Shown here: positions 21,376-29,521 of the stretch, piece by piece
Layout: each line of letters opens with the position of its first letter
How positions within the stretch are numbered: position 1 is the stretch's first letter
Origin: Planctomycetota bacterium
Lineage (GTDB): Bacteria; Planctomycetota; UBA1135; UBA2386
DNA: 64,000 nucleotides
Assembly: GCA_965223545.1 (NCBI GenBank)
Contig: OZ245006.1
Location: forward strand, 192,001-256,000
Direction of reading: 5' to 3'
The notes under the pieces: model-generated
The model's database searches: none
What the model was told of the DNA's origin: nothing
The model's input: only the letters and a program-made list of their open reading frames with translations
Program-made: the position numbers and the translations under genes

Positions 21376-22107
21376 ATGCAACGGCTCGTCGAGTGCGCCT
21401 CCGCGCTCAGCGCCGCGGTCGACGCCCTGTCGTTCGCGGCGCCGATCACCCACGTCTACAACCCCCTCGACTACGCGTGGGAGCCACACCGCGCCTACCT
21501 GCGCCGGTTTGCCAAGCGCGGGGTGCGCGCGCTGCTGCTCGGCATGAACCCCGGCCCGTGGGGGATGGCGCAGACCGGCGTCCCGTTCGGCGAGGTGGAG
21601 ATGGTGCGCGACTGGCTCGGCATCGAGGCGCCGGTGCACAAACCGGCGGTCGAGCACCCGCGCCGACCGATCCAGGGGTTCGAATGCGGCCGGAGCGAGG
21701 TCAGCGGCCAGCGGCTGTGGGGTTGGGCCCGCGCGCGGTGGGGCACCCCCGAACGCTTCTTCGCCGACCACTTCGTCTACAACTACTGCCCACTCGTCTT
21801 CATGGAGGAGAGCGGCCGCAACTTCACGCCGGACAAGCTGCCGCGCGACGAGCGCAGCGCGCTGGAGGACGTGTGCGACGCGGCGCTGCGCCGCGTCGTC
21901 GGCGCCATCCAACCGGCGATGGTGGTCGGGGTCGGCGCGTTCGCCGAGCGCCGCGCGCACGCCGCGCTCGGCACCGCGGCACCGACGATCGGCCGGCTGC
22001 TGCACCCGAGCCCGGCGAGTCCGGCGGCGAATCGGGGTTGGGCCGAAGCGGCGGATCGCGACTGGCAACGGCTCGGTTTGGCGGGAGGCGGTGTGGGGGG
22101 CGACTAG
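21376..22107 (+). CDS. SMUG1-like (family 3) uracil-DNA glycosylase
   Basis: YNPLDYA, GMNPGPWGMAQTGVPFGE, SEVSG.R, NYCPL and LHPSP motifs. Confidence 0.9.
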   Translation: MQRLVECASALSAAVDALSFAAPITHVYNPLDYAWEPHRAYLRRFAKRGVRALLLGMNPGPWGMAQTGVPFGEVEMVRDWLGIEAPVHKPAVEHPRRPIQGFECGRSEVSGQRLWGWARARWGTPERFFADHFVYNYCPLVFMEESGRNFTPDKLPRDERSALEDVCDAALRRVVGAIQPAMVVGVGAFAERRAHAALGTAAPTIGRLLHPSPASPAANRGWAEAADRDWQRLGLAGGGVGGD

Positions 22108-22114
22108 GCTCAAA

Positions 22115-23354
22115 AACTGCAGCCCTTCCGTGGGCCTGCTAGCTGAGAGACGCTGACCGAGACGTAACCGGAGCCCTCTTCCGAGTCACTGGAAGTGACG
22201 CAGGGCCAGCTGCGCAAACGGTGCCCTTTGGTCCCCCCGCGTTGTGTCCCGGAGGTCGCCGATGTTCGTTCCCCCGCGTTGCCCCAACTCAGCTTGCCCG
22301 CACAACCGCAGCCCGCGGCCCGGCTTCTTCGTACGCCGTGGCTACTACTACCCCAAGTGCCGCGCCCAAGGCGTGCCGCGCTTCCGCTGCCGCCATTGCC
22401 GGCAAGGCTTCTCGCGGCAGACGTTCCGCATGGATTACCGCGACCACAAGCCCGACCGCAACGCCTGGATCGTCATGTTGCTCTGCTCTGGCCTGGGCCT
22501 GCGACAGACCGCACGCCTGGCCGGGCTCACGGCGCGCAACACCGAGATGAAGTTCCGCAAGATCGGTCGTCACGTCCGCCGCCTGAACAACAACTTACGG
22601 GGTGACCTGCCGGTCGGCTCGAGCTTGCAGTTCGACGAACTCGAGAGCTACGAGGGCCGCCGCAACACGCGGCCCCTGACGCTGCCTGTCCTGATCGAGC
22701 GCGGGAGCCGCTTCATCCTCGCAGCGCGGTCGGCCCCGATCCGCCCAGGTGGCCCCAAACCGGCTGCGCGCCGGCGAGCGATAGAGGCCGACGCGCGGCG
22801 GTTTGGCCGGCGGCCGTCGCGGTCGCGCGCGGCAACGCGCAATGCGCTGTGCCGGGGCGCGCGCGCTTGCACTCGGTTGACCACCGTGTTGCTCGAAACG
22901 GACGAGAAAACGACCTACTCAGGACTCGCGAGGGGCATTTTCGGCGCGCGGCTCGAGCACCGGCGAACACCGAGCACGCTGCCGCGCGAGACCTGGAACC
23001 CGCTGTTCGCGATCAACCATACCGAGGCAATGGCGCGCGACCTCAACGGTCGTCTGCGGCGCGAGTCCTGGCTGGTCAGCAAGAAGCGCTGTTTCCTCAA
23101 CCTGCAGCTGCACATCTACACCGCGTACCGCAACTTCACGCGACCGCGCTTCAACTTCGACCGAGACACGCCGGCGATGCTGGTTGGCTGGCTCCCCCAG
23201 AAGTTGCGGCTGAACCAGGTGCTATCCTGGCGCCAGGACTGGGGCACGCGCAGCGGCCATCCGCTGGATCGAAACGCAAAACCGATCGAGAACTTCCTGA
23301 AGAGCTCTGCCTGACTTTCTTGCGGCCGTGCCGGACCACGGAAGGGCTGCAGTT
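22115..23354. mobile_element. Insertion sequence, IS1/IS1595-like, with 19-bp perfect inverted repeats
   Basis: AACTGCAGCCCTTCCGTGG at 22115-22133 and its reverse complement at 23336-23354 bracket a transposase. True ends may be 22108/23403 (CTAG flanks). Confidence 0.8.
22262..23314 (+). CDS. IS1-like transposase (Zn ribbon, HTH, DDE-type core)
   Basis: CPNSAC..RFRCRHC Zn finger, GLRQTARLAG HTH, QFDE, ETDEKTTY, R..R...SKK, YRNF and TPAM motifs. Confidence 0.82.
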   Translation: MFVPPRCPNSACPHNRSPRPGFFVRRGYYYPKCRAQGVPRFRCRHCRQGFSRQTFRMDYRDHKPDRNAWIVMLLCSGLGLRQTARLAGLTARNTEMKFRKIGRHVRRLNNNLRGDLPVGSSLQFDELESYEGRRNTRPLTLPVLIERGSRFILAARSAPIRPGGPKPAARRRAIEADARRFGRRPSRSRAATRNALCRGARACTRLTTVLLETDEKTTYSGLARGIFGARLEHRRTPSTLPRETWNPLFAINHTEAMARDLNGRLRRESWLVSKKRCFLNLQLHIYTAYRNFTRPRFNFDRDTPAMLVGWLPQKLRLNQVLSWRQDWGTRSGHPLDRNAKPIENFLKSSA

Positions 23355-23570
23355 CGTAATGCGCCCGTAGCAATCGAAGTACCCATGGCATGGGGAACTC
23401 CGCCTAGCCGCCGCCGCGACCCCCAAGCTCCGTCATCTTCCTGGCCGCCGGTCGGGTTGACGGCTCTCAGGGGCGGGGTAGGCTGATTCAGACTCCCGCG
23501 CGGGGTCGCTCCCTTCCACCACCCATCCACCACCCTCGTCGCCCGCCCGTCCGCGGCCGCCGCCGCCGGC

Positions 23571-25097
23571 GTGGCGACGCGCCCCATGCCGCACACCGCA
23601 GTTCCCGCTGGGCTTCACCGGGCCTCGCGCGCCCCGACGCGTGAAGGTTTGGCCGGCACCGGCACCGCGATCAACCCGTGCCGGCCACGGACGACGACCG
23701 GCATCTTGATGGTGACCGACGTGCTGATGGTGGTGACGGCGTCGGTGGTGGCCTACCTCGCAGCAAGCCAACTGCACGAGCTGCAGGTGGAGCGCTACTT
23801 GCCGATGCTGCTGGTCGCGCTGCTGTTCCCGCCGGCGTTCGTCGGCGCCGGGCTGTATCGCGGCCCGAGCTTCGCCGAGGAGCTGCGCGCGGTGTGCTTC
23901 CGCACCTCGATGATTTGGGCCGGCCTGATGGCGCTCACTTTCATCGTGCACGACCTGCCACTGGCCGAGCAGCTGCCGTTCTCGCGCTGGGTGTTCGGGT
24001 TCGCCTGGGCGAGCTCGATCGTGCTGCTGCTGATCGCGCGGCTCACCCTGCGCATCCTGTTCGCGGACGCCAGCTGGTGGGGCTCGGGGGCGCTGGTCAT
24101 CGGCACCGAGCCGGCGGCCGAAGAGGTGATCCGCCGCCTGCAGGCGCACCCGAGCCGCGGCGTCAAGCCGGTGGCCGTACTGATCGCCGGCGGCGACGAC
24201 GACACCACGATCGAGGCCGTGCGCGGCGTTCCGGTGCTCGGCACGAGTCGAGAGCTGGCCGAGATCGGTGCCGCGTTGGGGATCGAGCGCGCCATCCTCA
24301 CCACCAAGGGAATGGAGGCGCACACCCAGTCGGTGCTCACCGACCGCGTCTCCCGCATGTTCGCGCGGCTCGCCGTGATCCCCGACCTGCACGGCTTCTC
24401 CCACCTCTGGTGCGACGCGCGCGACTACGGCGGCCTGCTGGGACTCGACGTCAAGCCGGCCCTGTTCCGGCCGTGGCCCAAGTTCTGCAAGCGCTTCTGG
24501 GACATCGCGCTGGCGACCACGGGGATGGCGCTGCTTGCGCCGGTGTTCCTCGCAATCGCGGTGGCGATCAAGCTGACTTCGCCGGGGCCGGTCTTCTATT
24601 CGCAGCGACGGCTCGGCCTGAACGGCGAGTTCTTCCGGATGTGGAAGTTCCGCTCGATGGTGATGGACGCCGACCGCCGCCTACAGGAGCACCTCGAGAC
24701 GCATCCCGAGGCGCGCACCGAGTGGGAATCCATGCAAAAGCTCGCCGACGATCCGCGCGTCACCAGCGTCGGCAAGCTGCTGCGCATCAGCAGCCTCGAT
24801 GAGCTGCCGCAGCTCTGGAACGTGCTGAACGGGACGATGAGCTTGGTCGGCCCACGGCCGGTCCCCGACGACGGTGTGGACAAGCTGTACAGCTACGGCC
24901 CGCGCTACGTCGAGTACTACACCAGCGTGCGGCCCGGCATGTCCGGCCTATGGCAGGTCGAAGGGCGCTCGGCCGTCAGCTACGACACCCGCGTCGAGCT
25001 GGACATGACCTACATCCGCACGTGGAACGTGTGGCTCGACTGGGAGATCCTGGTCAAGACCGCCCGCGCGGTGTTCAGCGGCACGGGGGCCTGCTGA
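23571..25097 (+). CDS. wbaP: Undecaprenyl-phosphate galactose phosphotransferase (WbaP-like)
   Basis: TM region, then KRFWD, KFRSM, KLADDPRVT, SLDELPQLWNV, RPGMSGLWQV and RVELD..Y; start uncertain. Confidence 0.85.
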   Translation: MATRPMPHTAVPAGLHRASRAPTREGLAGTGTAINPCRPRTTTGILMVTDVLMVVTASVVAYLAASQLHELQVERYLPMLLVALLFPPAFVGAGLYRGPSFAEELRAVCFRTSMIWAGLMALTFIVHDLPLAEQLPFSRWVFGFAWASSIVLLLIARLTLRILFADASWWGSGALVIGTEPAAEEVIRRLQAHPSRGVKPVAVLIAGGDDDTTIEAVRGVPVLGTSRELAEIGAALGIERAILTTKGMEAHTQSVLTDRVSRMFARLAVIPDLHGFSHLWCDARDYGGLLGLDVKPALFRPWPKFCKRFWDIALATTGMALLAPVFLAIAVAIKLTSPGPVFYSQRRLGLNGEFFRMWKFRSMVMDADRRLQEHLETHPEARTEWESMQKLADDPRVTSVGKLLRISSLDELPQLWNVLNGTMSLVGPRPVPDDGVDKLYSYGPRYVEYYTSVRPGMSGLWQVEGRSAVSYDTRVELDMTYIRTWNVWLDWEILVKTARAVFSGTGAC

Positions 25098-25294
25098 GCC
25101 CCGACGCTGGCCCGGGGCGCGCGCAACAGCTGCGGAATCCGGGGGTGTGACCGCCCCTCCCGAGGGCTTTAGGATGCCGGGGAATCGCGCGGCGCGGGTC
25201 TGCCCTTGTCCCCCGCTGCGCGGTCGGTGCACCCGTGGCAAAACGGGTTGCAACATCCTCGAATCTTTCAACTCTTGCGACGCAGGGAGCCGCA

Positions 25295-28200
25295 ATGAGG
25301 GATCTTCGTCTCGGGCGGACGGCGGCTTTGGCGGCCGCGCTCACGCTCCTCACCAACCACACCGCAACCGCCCAAGCAACGCGCCGCGCCGACGAAGACT
25401 TCGCCGTCGCCATGGGGCTGTTGCGGCGCGATCTGCACGAGGAGGCGGCGGCGCAGCTGCGGCGCTTGCTACAGCGCGACCCGGACTTCCCGCGCGCGGC
25501 CGAAGCGCTCTACCGCCTCGGCACGTGCTACGAGGCGATGGGCGAGCCACCCCGCGCCATCGATGCGCTCGAGCAGAGCCTCGGCGCGGCGCGGGCCGAC
25601 TTCACCCTGCGTCCCGAATGTCGCTATCGCCTCGGCAACCTGCTGCGGGCCGAGGGCCGCGGCCCCGCGGCACGCCGCCAGTACCAGGCGCTGGTCGCCG
25701 AAGTCGGGGCGGACCACTACTTGCGGCGCGCGGCGTCCTACGCCGCCGGTGAGTGCGCGCGCGACGACGGCGATGACGAGGGCGCGCTCGACGACTTCCT
25801 CGCCGCCGCCGAAGAGGGCGGTGAGGACGATGGGCGCTACGCGGTGCCCGCGCTCTACCAGGCCGGGTCCGCGCTGTTCCGTCTCGAGCGCTTCGCCGAC
25901 GCGGCCGCGACCTTCGGCCGTGCCGCCGACCGCCAACCGCGCGGCAACCTGGTCGCCGAGTGCCGCTACATGCAGGGACAGTCCGCCGCCAACGCGGGCG
26001 ATCACGCCACCGCCGAACGCGCCTACTCCGCCGCGGTCGAAGCCGGCGGCGAGTGGGCCGACGACGCGCAGCTCGGCCTGGCGCTGTGCGCGGTGCAGAC
26101 CGGCAGCCCACAAGATGCTCTACGCCGGTTCCAACAGCTGCTGAGCGCGCACTCGGACTCGCCGCTGGCGCCGCGCGCCACGGTGGAGATCGGCCGTCTC
26201 CTGCACCAAGCCGGCAACCACGAGGCTGCCCGCGACGTGCTCGGCGCGCTGCTGGACGAACTCGGCGACGACCACGCGATCCGCGCCGAGGCCCTCGAGC
26301 TGCGCGGTCTCGCCCAGCTCGACGGCGGCGCCGCCGAGCCCGCGGCGCGCTCGTTCGAGGCGGCGCTGGCCGCCGGACCCGACGAGGACGCGATTGCGCG
26401 GCTGTGGCACGCGCTGGGTGAGGCCCGCAGCGAGGCGACCCAGTGGCAGGCGGCCGCGGATGCGTACGAGCGCGCGCGGCAGCGGGCACAGGGCGCCCTG
26501 CGCGGTGACGCCTGGTACGGATCGGTGCTCGCCCTGCACAAGCTCGGCTCCGTCGACCAATCGATCGAGGCGGCCCGCGCACTGTTGCGCGAGCATCCCG
26601 ACCACCGCCTGGCGCAGCACGCGCGGTTCGCGATCGGCGAGAACCTGTTCGCGGCGCGCGACTACGCCGGGGCCGACGAGGCCTACGCCGAGGTCGACGC
26701 CGAGCACGAACTCGCCGGCAAGGCGGCTTGGAAGCGGGCGTGGTGCGCGTTCTTGGCGGAGAACGCGGCGCTGGCGGCGCAGCGGTTCGCCGCGCTGACC
26801 GGGGCCGACGACTTCGGCGAAGAAGCGCTGTCGATGACCGCGCTCGCCACCTTCAACGCCGGCGACGACGACCGCGCCCTGCAGCTGGCCGACACCTACC
26901 GCGCGCGCTATCCGGAAGGCGCGCACCTGGCGCGCACCGAGCGGGTCGCCGCCCGCGTACTGACGCGGCGCAACGAGCTGCGCGCAGCGGCGCAGCGCAT
27001 CGCCAACGCCGCCCGCGCCGAGGGCGACGGCGGGCAGGCCGCCGAGGACGAGCTGGAGCGCGCCAGCCTGCTCTACAAGCAGGGCGACTACGCCGCCGCG
27101 GCCGACGTCTACCAGCAGCTGGCGCGGGACGAGACCCTGCGCGGCCGTGCCCTGGAGGGAATGGCGTGGTGCGCATTCGAGATCGGCGACGATGCGGCGT
27201 GCCTCGAGCACATCCAGGCGGCGCTCGCTCAGCCCGATGGCCGCGGCCGCGCCGCCGAGCTACTCGAGCTGCGCATCGCCAGTCTGTCGCGCACCGAGAG
27301 CTGGGACGAGGTCGAGCAAACGGCCGCCGAGTTCCTGCGGCAGCTGCCCGACCACGCGCGCGCACCGGAGGCGGCGTTCGCCATGGGGCTGGCGCAGTCC
27401 AAGGCCGGCCGGCACGGCGACGCGATCGCCACCTTCGGCGCGTTGGCCGATCACGGCGGCTTGCAGGATCCCGCCAAGCTCTACTACGAGTGGGCGTGGG
27501 CGTGCCGCAACAACGGCGACGAGCCGGGCGCGTTGCGCGCCTTCGCGCAGGTCGCCAGCCACAGCGAGGACCCCGACACCAACGGAGAGGCTCGGCTGCA
27601 TCTCGGGCTGGCCGCGTTGGCCGCTGAAGATGCCGAGAACGCGCGCCAGCACTTCGCCGCCGTGCAGGGCCGCTACCGCGGTCAGGCGCTGTACCGCGCC
27701 GGCTTCACCTGGCTCGACGCCGACGACGCCGAGCGCGCGCAGCCGCTGTTCCAAGAGCTGCTCGACCTGGGCGCGGAGCACCCACTGCACCACGAAGCGC
27801 GCTTCTTGGTCGGCGAGTGCGCGTTCTTGCGCGGCGACCACGAGTCCGCCGCGGAACAGCTCGGCGCGCTGCTCGAGGCGGCGCCCGAGCACGACCGCGC
27901 GCAGCGCGCGCGGCTGCGCTACGGCCGCAGCCTGCTGGCGCTGTCCCGCGCCAACGACGCGATCGCCCAGCTCGAGACCATGCTGCAGCGCGGCGCTGCG
28001 GGTGTCGACGAGATGGAGGGCTACCTCTTCCTGGGGCGGGCACGCGCGGCGGCCGGCCAGCACGAGCGCGCCGAGCAAGACCTCTTGCGGGTCACCGAGC
28101 TGTCGACCGGCGAGCTCGCCGCCGAGGCGCAGTACCGCATCGGCGAGGTGCGCCAGGCGCAGCGCGATCTCAACGGCGCCATCGACGCGTTCGTCAAGCT

Positions 28201-28384
28201 GTCCTTCGTCTATGCCCACGAGGAGTGGGTGCGGCGCGGGCTGCTGCAGGCCGGGCTGTGCTATGCCGAGCTGTCGCAGCCGAGCAAGGCGGCGAAGTTC
28301 TTGGCCGAGCTCGTCGAGCGGTTCCCGGACAGCGAAGAGGGCCGCCGCGCCCGCTCGGAGCTCGAGGACCTGAAGGGGCAGTGA
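25295..28384 (+). CDS. Large secreted TPR protein (CpoB/BamD-like repeats)
   Basis: Signal peptide after GGAG RBS; many TPR helix pairs (ALYRLG, A.F..L...P.S); CpoB-like end LVERFPDS. Confidence 0.85.
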   Translation: MRDLRLGRTAALAAALTLLTNHTATAQATRRADEDFAVAMGLLRRDLHEEAAAQLRRLLQRDPDFPRAAEALYRLGTCYEAMGEPPRAIDALEQSLGAARADFTLRPECRYRLGNLLRAEGRGPAARRQYQALVAEVGADHYLRRAASYAAGECARDDGDDEGALDDFLAAAEEGGEDDGRYAVPALYQAGSALFRLERFADAAATFGRAADRQPRGNLVAECRYMQGQSAANAGDHATAERAYSAAVEAGGEWADDAQLGLALCAVQTGSPQDALRRFQQLLSAHSDSPLAPRATVEIGRLLHQAGNHEAARDVLGALLDELGDDHAIRAEALELRGLAQLDGGAAEPAARSFEAALAAGPDEDAIARLWHALGEARSEATQWQAAADAYERARQRAQGALRGDAWYGSVLALHKLGSVDQSIEAARALLREHPDHRLAQHARFAIGENLFAARDYAGADEAYAEVDAEHELAGKAAWKRAWCAFLAENAALAAQRFAALTGADDFGEEALSMTALATFNAGDDDRALQLADTYRARYPEGAHLARTERVAARVLTRRNELRAAAQRIANAARAEGDGGQAAEDELERASLLYKQGDYAAAADVYQQLARDETLRGRALEGMAWCAFEIGDDAACLEHIQAALAQPDGRGRAAELLELRIASLSRTESWDEVEQTAAEFLRQLPDHARAPEAAFAMGLAQSKAGRHGDAIATFGALADHGGLQDPAKLYYEWAWACRNNGDEPGALRAFAQVASHSEDPDTNGEARLHLGLAALAAEDAENARQHFAAVQGRYRGQALYRAGFTWLDADDAERAQPLFQELLDLGAEHPLHHEARFLVGECAFLRGDHESAAEQLGALLEAAPEHDRAQRARLRYGRSLLALSRANDAIAQLETMLQRGAAGVDEMEGYLFLGRARAAAGQHERAEQDLLRVTELSTGELAAEAQYRIGEVRQAQRDLNGAIDAFVKLSFVYAHEEWVRRGLLQAGLCYAELSQPSKAAKFLAELVERFPDSEEGRRARSELEDLKGQ

Positions 28385-28416
28385 CCTGAACAGGCAGTGA
28401 ACAGCGGACCGCCATC

Positions 28417-29112
28417 ATGATCGAACACCACCCTCTGACCATAACGCTCACCGCCCCACAGGGCACCGAGGTCGTCACCACCCAGACGCTCTGGGAGTAC
28501 CTGCAGTCCGGCGGACCGGTAATGGTCCCCCTCGTACTGTGCTCGGTGGTGGCGATGGCGTTCGCCATGGAGCGCTACCTGCGCCTGCGGCGCCGCGTCG
28601 TCTGCCCGACGGGAGTCGCCGATGCAGTCCAGCTGGTGCACGACGGCCGCGTCGACGAGGCGATCCACGCCGCCGAGGCGGCGTCCTCGCCGGGCGGCCG
28701 GATCCTCCTCGCCGGGCTGCGGCGCAGCGGGTTCTCGATCGAGGACATCGAACGCGCCATCGAGGACCAAGGCCAGAAGGAGATGCAGCGACTGCAGGCG
28801 CCGGTGCGCGGGCTGTCGTTGATCGCCAACGTGTCGCCGCTCCTCGGCCTGCTGGGCACCGTCATCGGCATCGCCGAAGCGTTCCACCGCGTCGTCGACT
28901 CGGGCCTCGGCAAGCCCGAACACCTGGCCGTGGGCATCGAGCAGGCGTTGACCACGACGGTGGTCGGGCTGGTGATCGCCATCCCCGCCATGCTGGTCGC
29001 AGCACACCTGCACGCCAAGGTGCGCCGCCTGATGCTGCACACCGACGAGACCATCGCACCCGTGGTCGAGCCTCTCGCGCGCCTGCGCGACGAGGAGAGC
29101 CATGCGGCTTGA
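28417..29112 (+). CDS. MotA/TolQ/ExbB proton channel protein
   Basis: GGPVMVPL, SPLLGLLGTVIG and GI.QALTTT..GL.IAIPA motifs. Confidence 0.92.
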   Translation: MIEHHPLTITLTAPQGTEVVTTQTLWEYLQSGGPVMVPLVLCSVVAMAFAMERYLRLRRRVVCPTGVADAVQLVHDGRVDEAIHAAEAASSPGGRILLAGLRRSGFSIEDIERAIEDQGQKEMQRLQAPVRGLSLIANVSPLLGLLGTVIGIAEAFHRVVDSGLGKPEHLAVGIEQALTTTVVGLVIAIPAMLVAAHLHAKVRRLMLHTDETIAPVVEPLARLRDEESHAA

Positions 29113-29521
29113 CCCCGGGCCCGCCGACGAGGGCACCGTCAACCTGACGCCGTTGATCGACGTCGTCTTCCTGTTGCTCGTGTTCTTCTTGGTCGCGACC
29201 ACGTTCGCCAAGGACGAGGTCGAGCTCGATCTCACCCTGCCGGACGCGACCACGGGCGCGCAGGGTGAAGGCGGACATCTGCTGGTGATCAACGTCAAGC
29301 GGGACGGCACGCTGGTCGTCGACGGCCGCACCATGACCCTCGAGGGGTTGCGGCAGCGGCTGCGGGCGGCGGCCGCGGCGAAGAAGGACCAGGAGGTCCT
29401 GATCCGCGGCGACACCCAGGTCCAATTCGGTGTGGTCGCGCAGGCGTTCGACGCGTGCCTGGCCGCGCAGCTGCGCCGCGTCGCCGTCGCCGCTCAACCC
29501 GAGACCGGGGGTGGTCCGTGA
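29102..29521 (+). CDS. ExbD/TolR family protein
   Basis: NLTPLIDVVFLLLVFF with the conserved TM Asp, LP and IRGD motifs; overlaps the exbB-like gene. Confidence 0.92.
   Translation: MRLDPGPADEGTVNLTPLIDVVFLLLVFFLVATTFAKDEVELDLTLPDATTGAQGEGGHLLVINVKRDGTLVVDGRTMTLEGLRQRLRAAAAAKKDQEVLIRGDTQVQFGVVAQAFDACLAAQLRRVAVAAQPETGGGP

Noticed and set aside
23510..23570. TCCACCACCC duplication and C-rich tract upstream of wbaP
   Set aside because: Low-complexity sequence with only two copies; no supportable function.
25236..25254. Sigma-54-like TGGCA...TTGCA upstream of the TPR-exbBD operon
   Set aside because: Spacing is GG-N11-GC rather than the strict GG-N10-GC.
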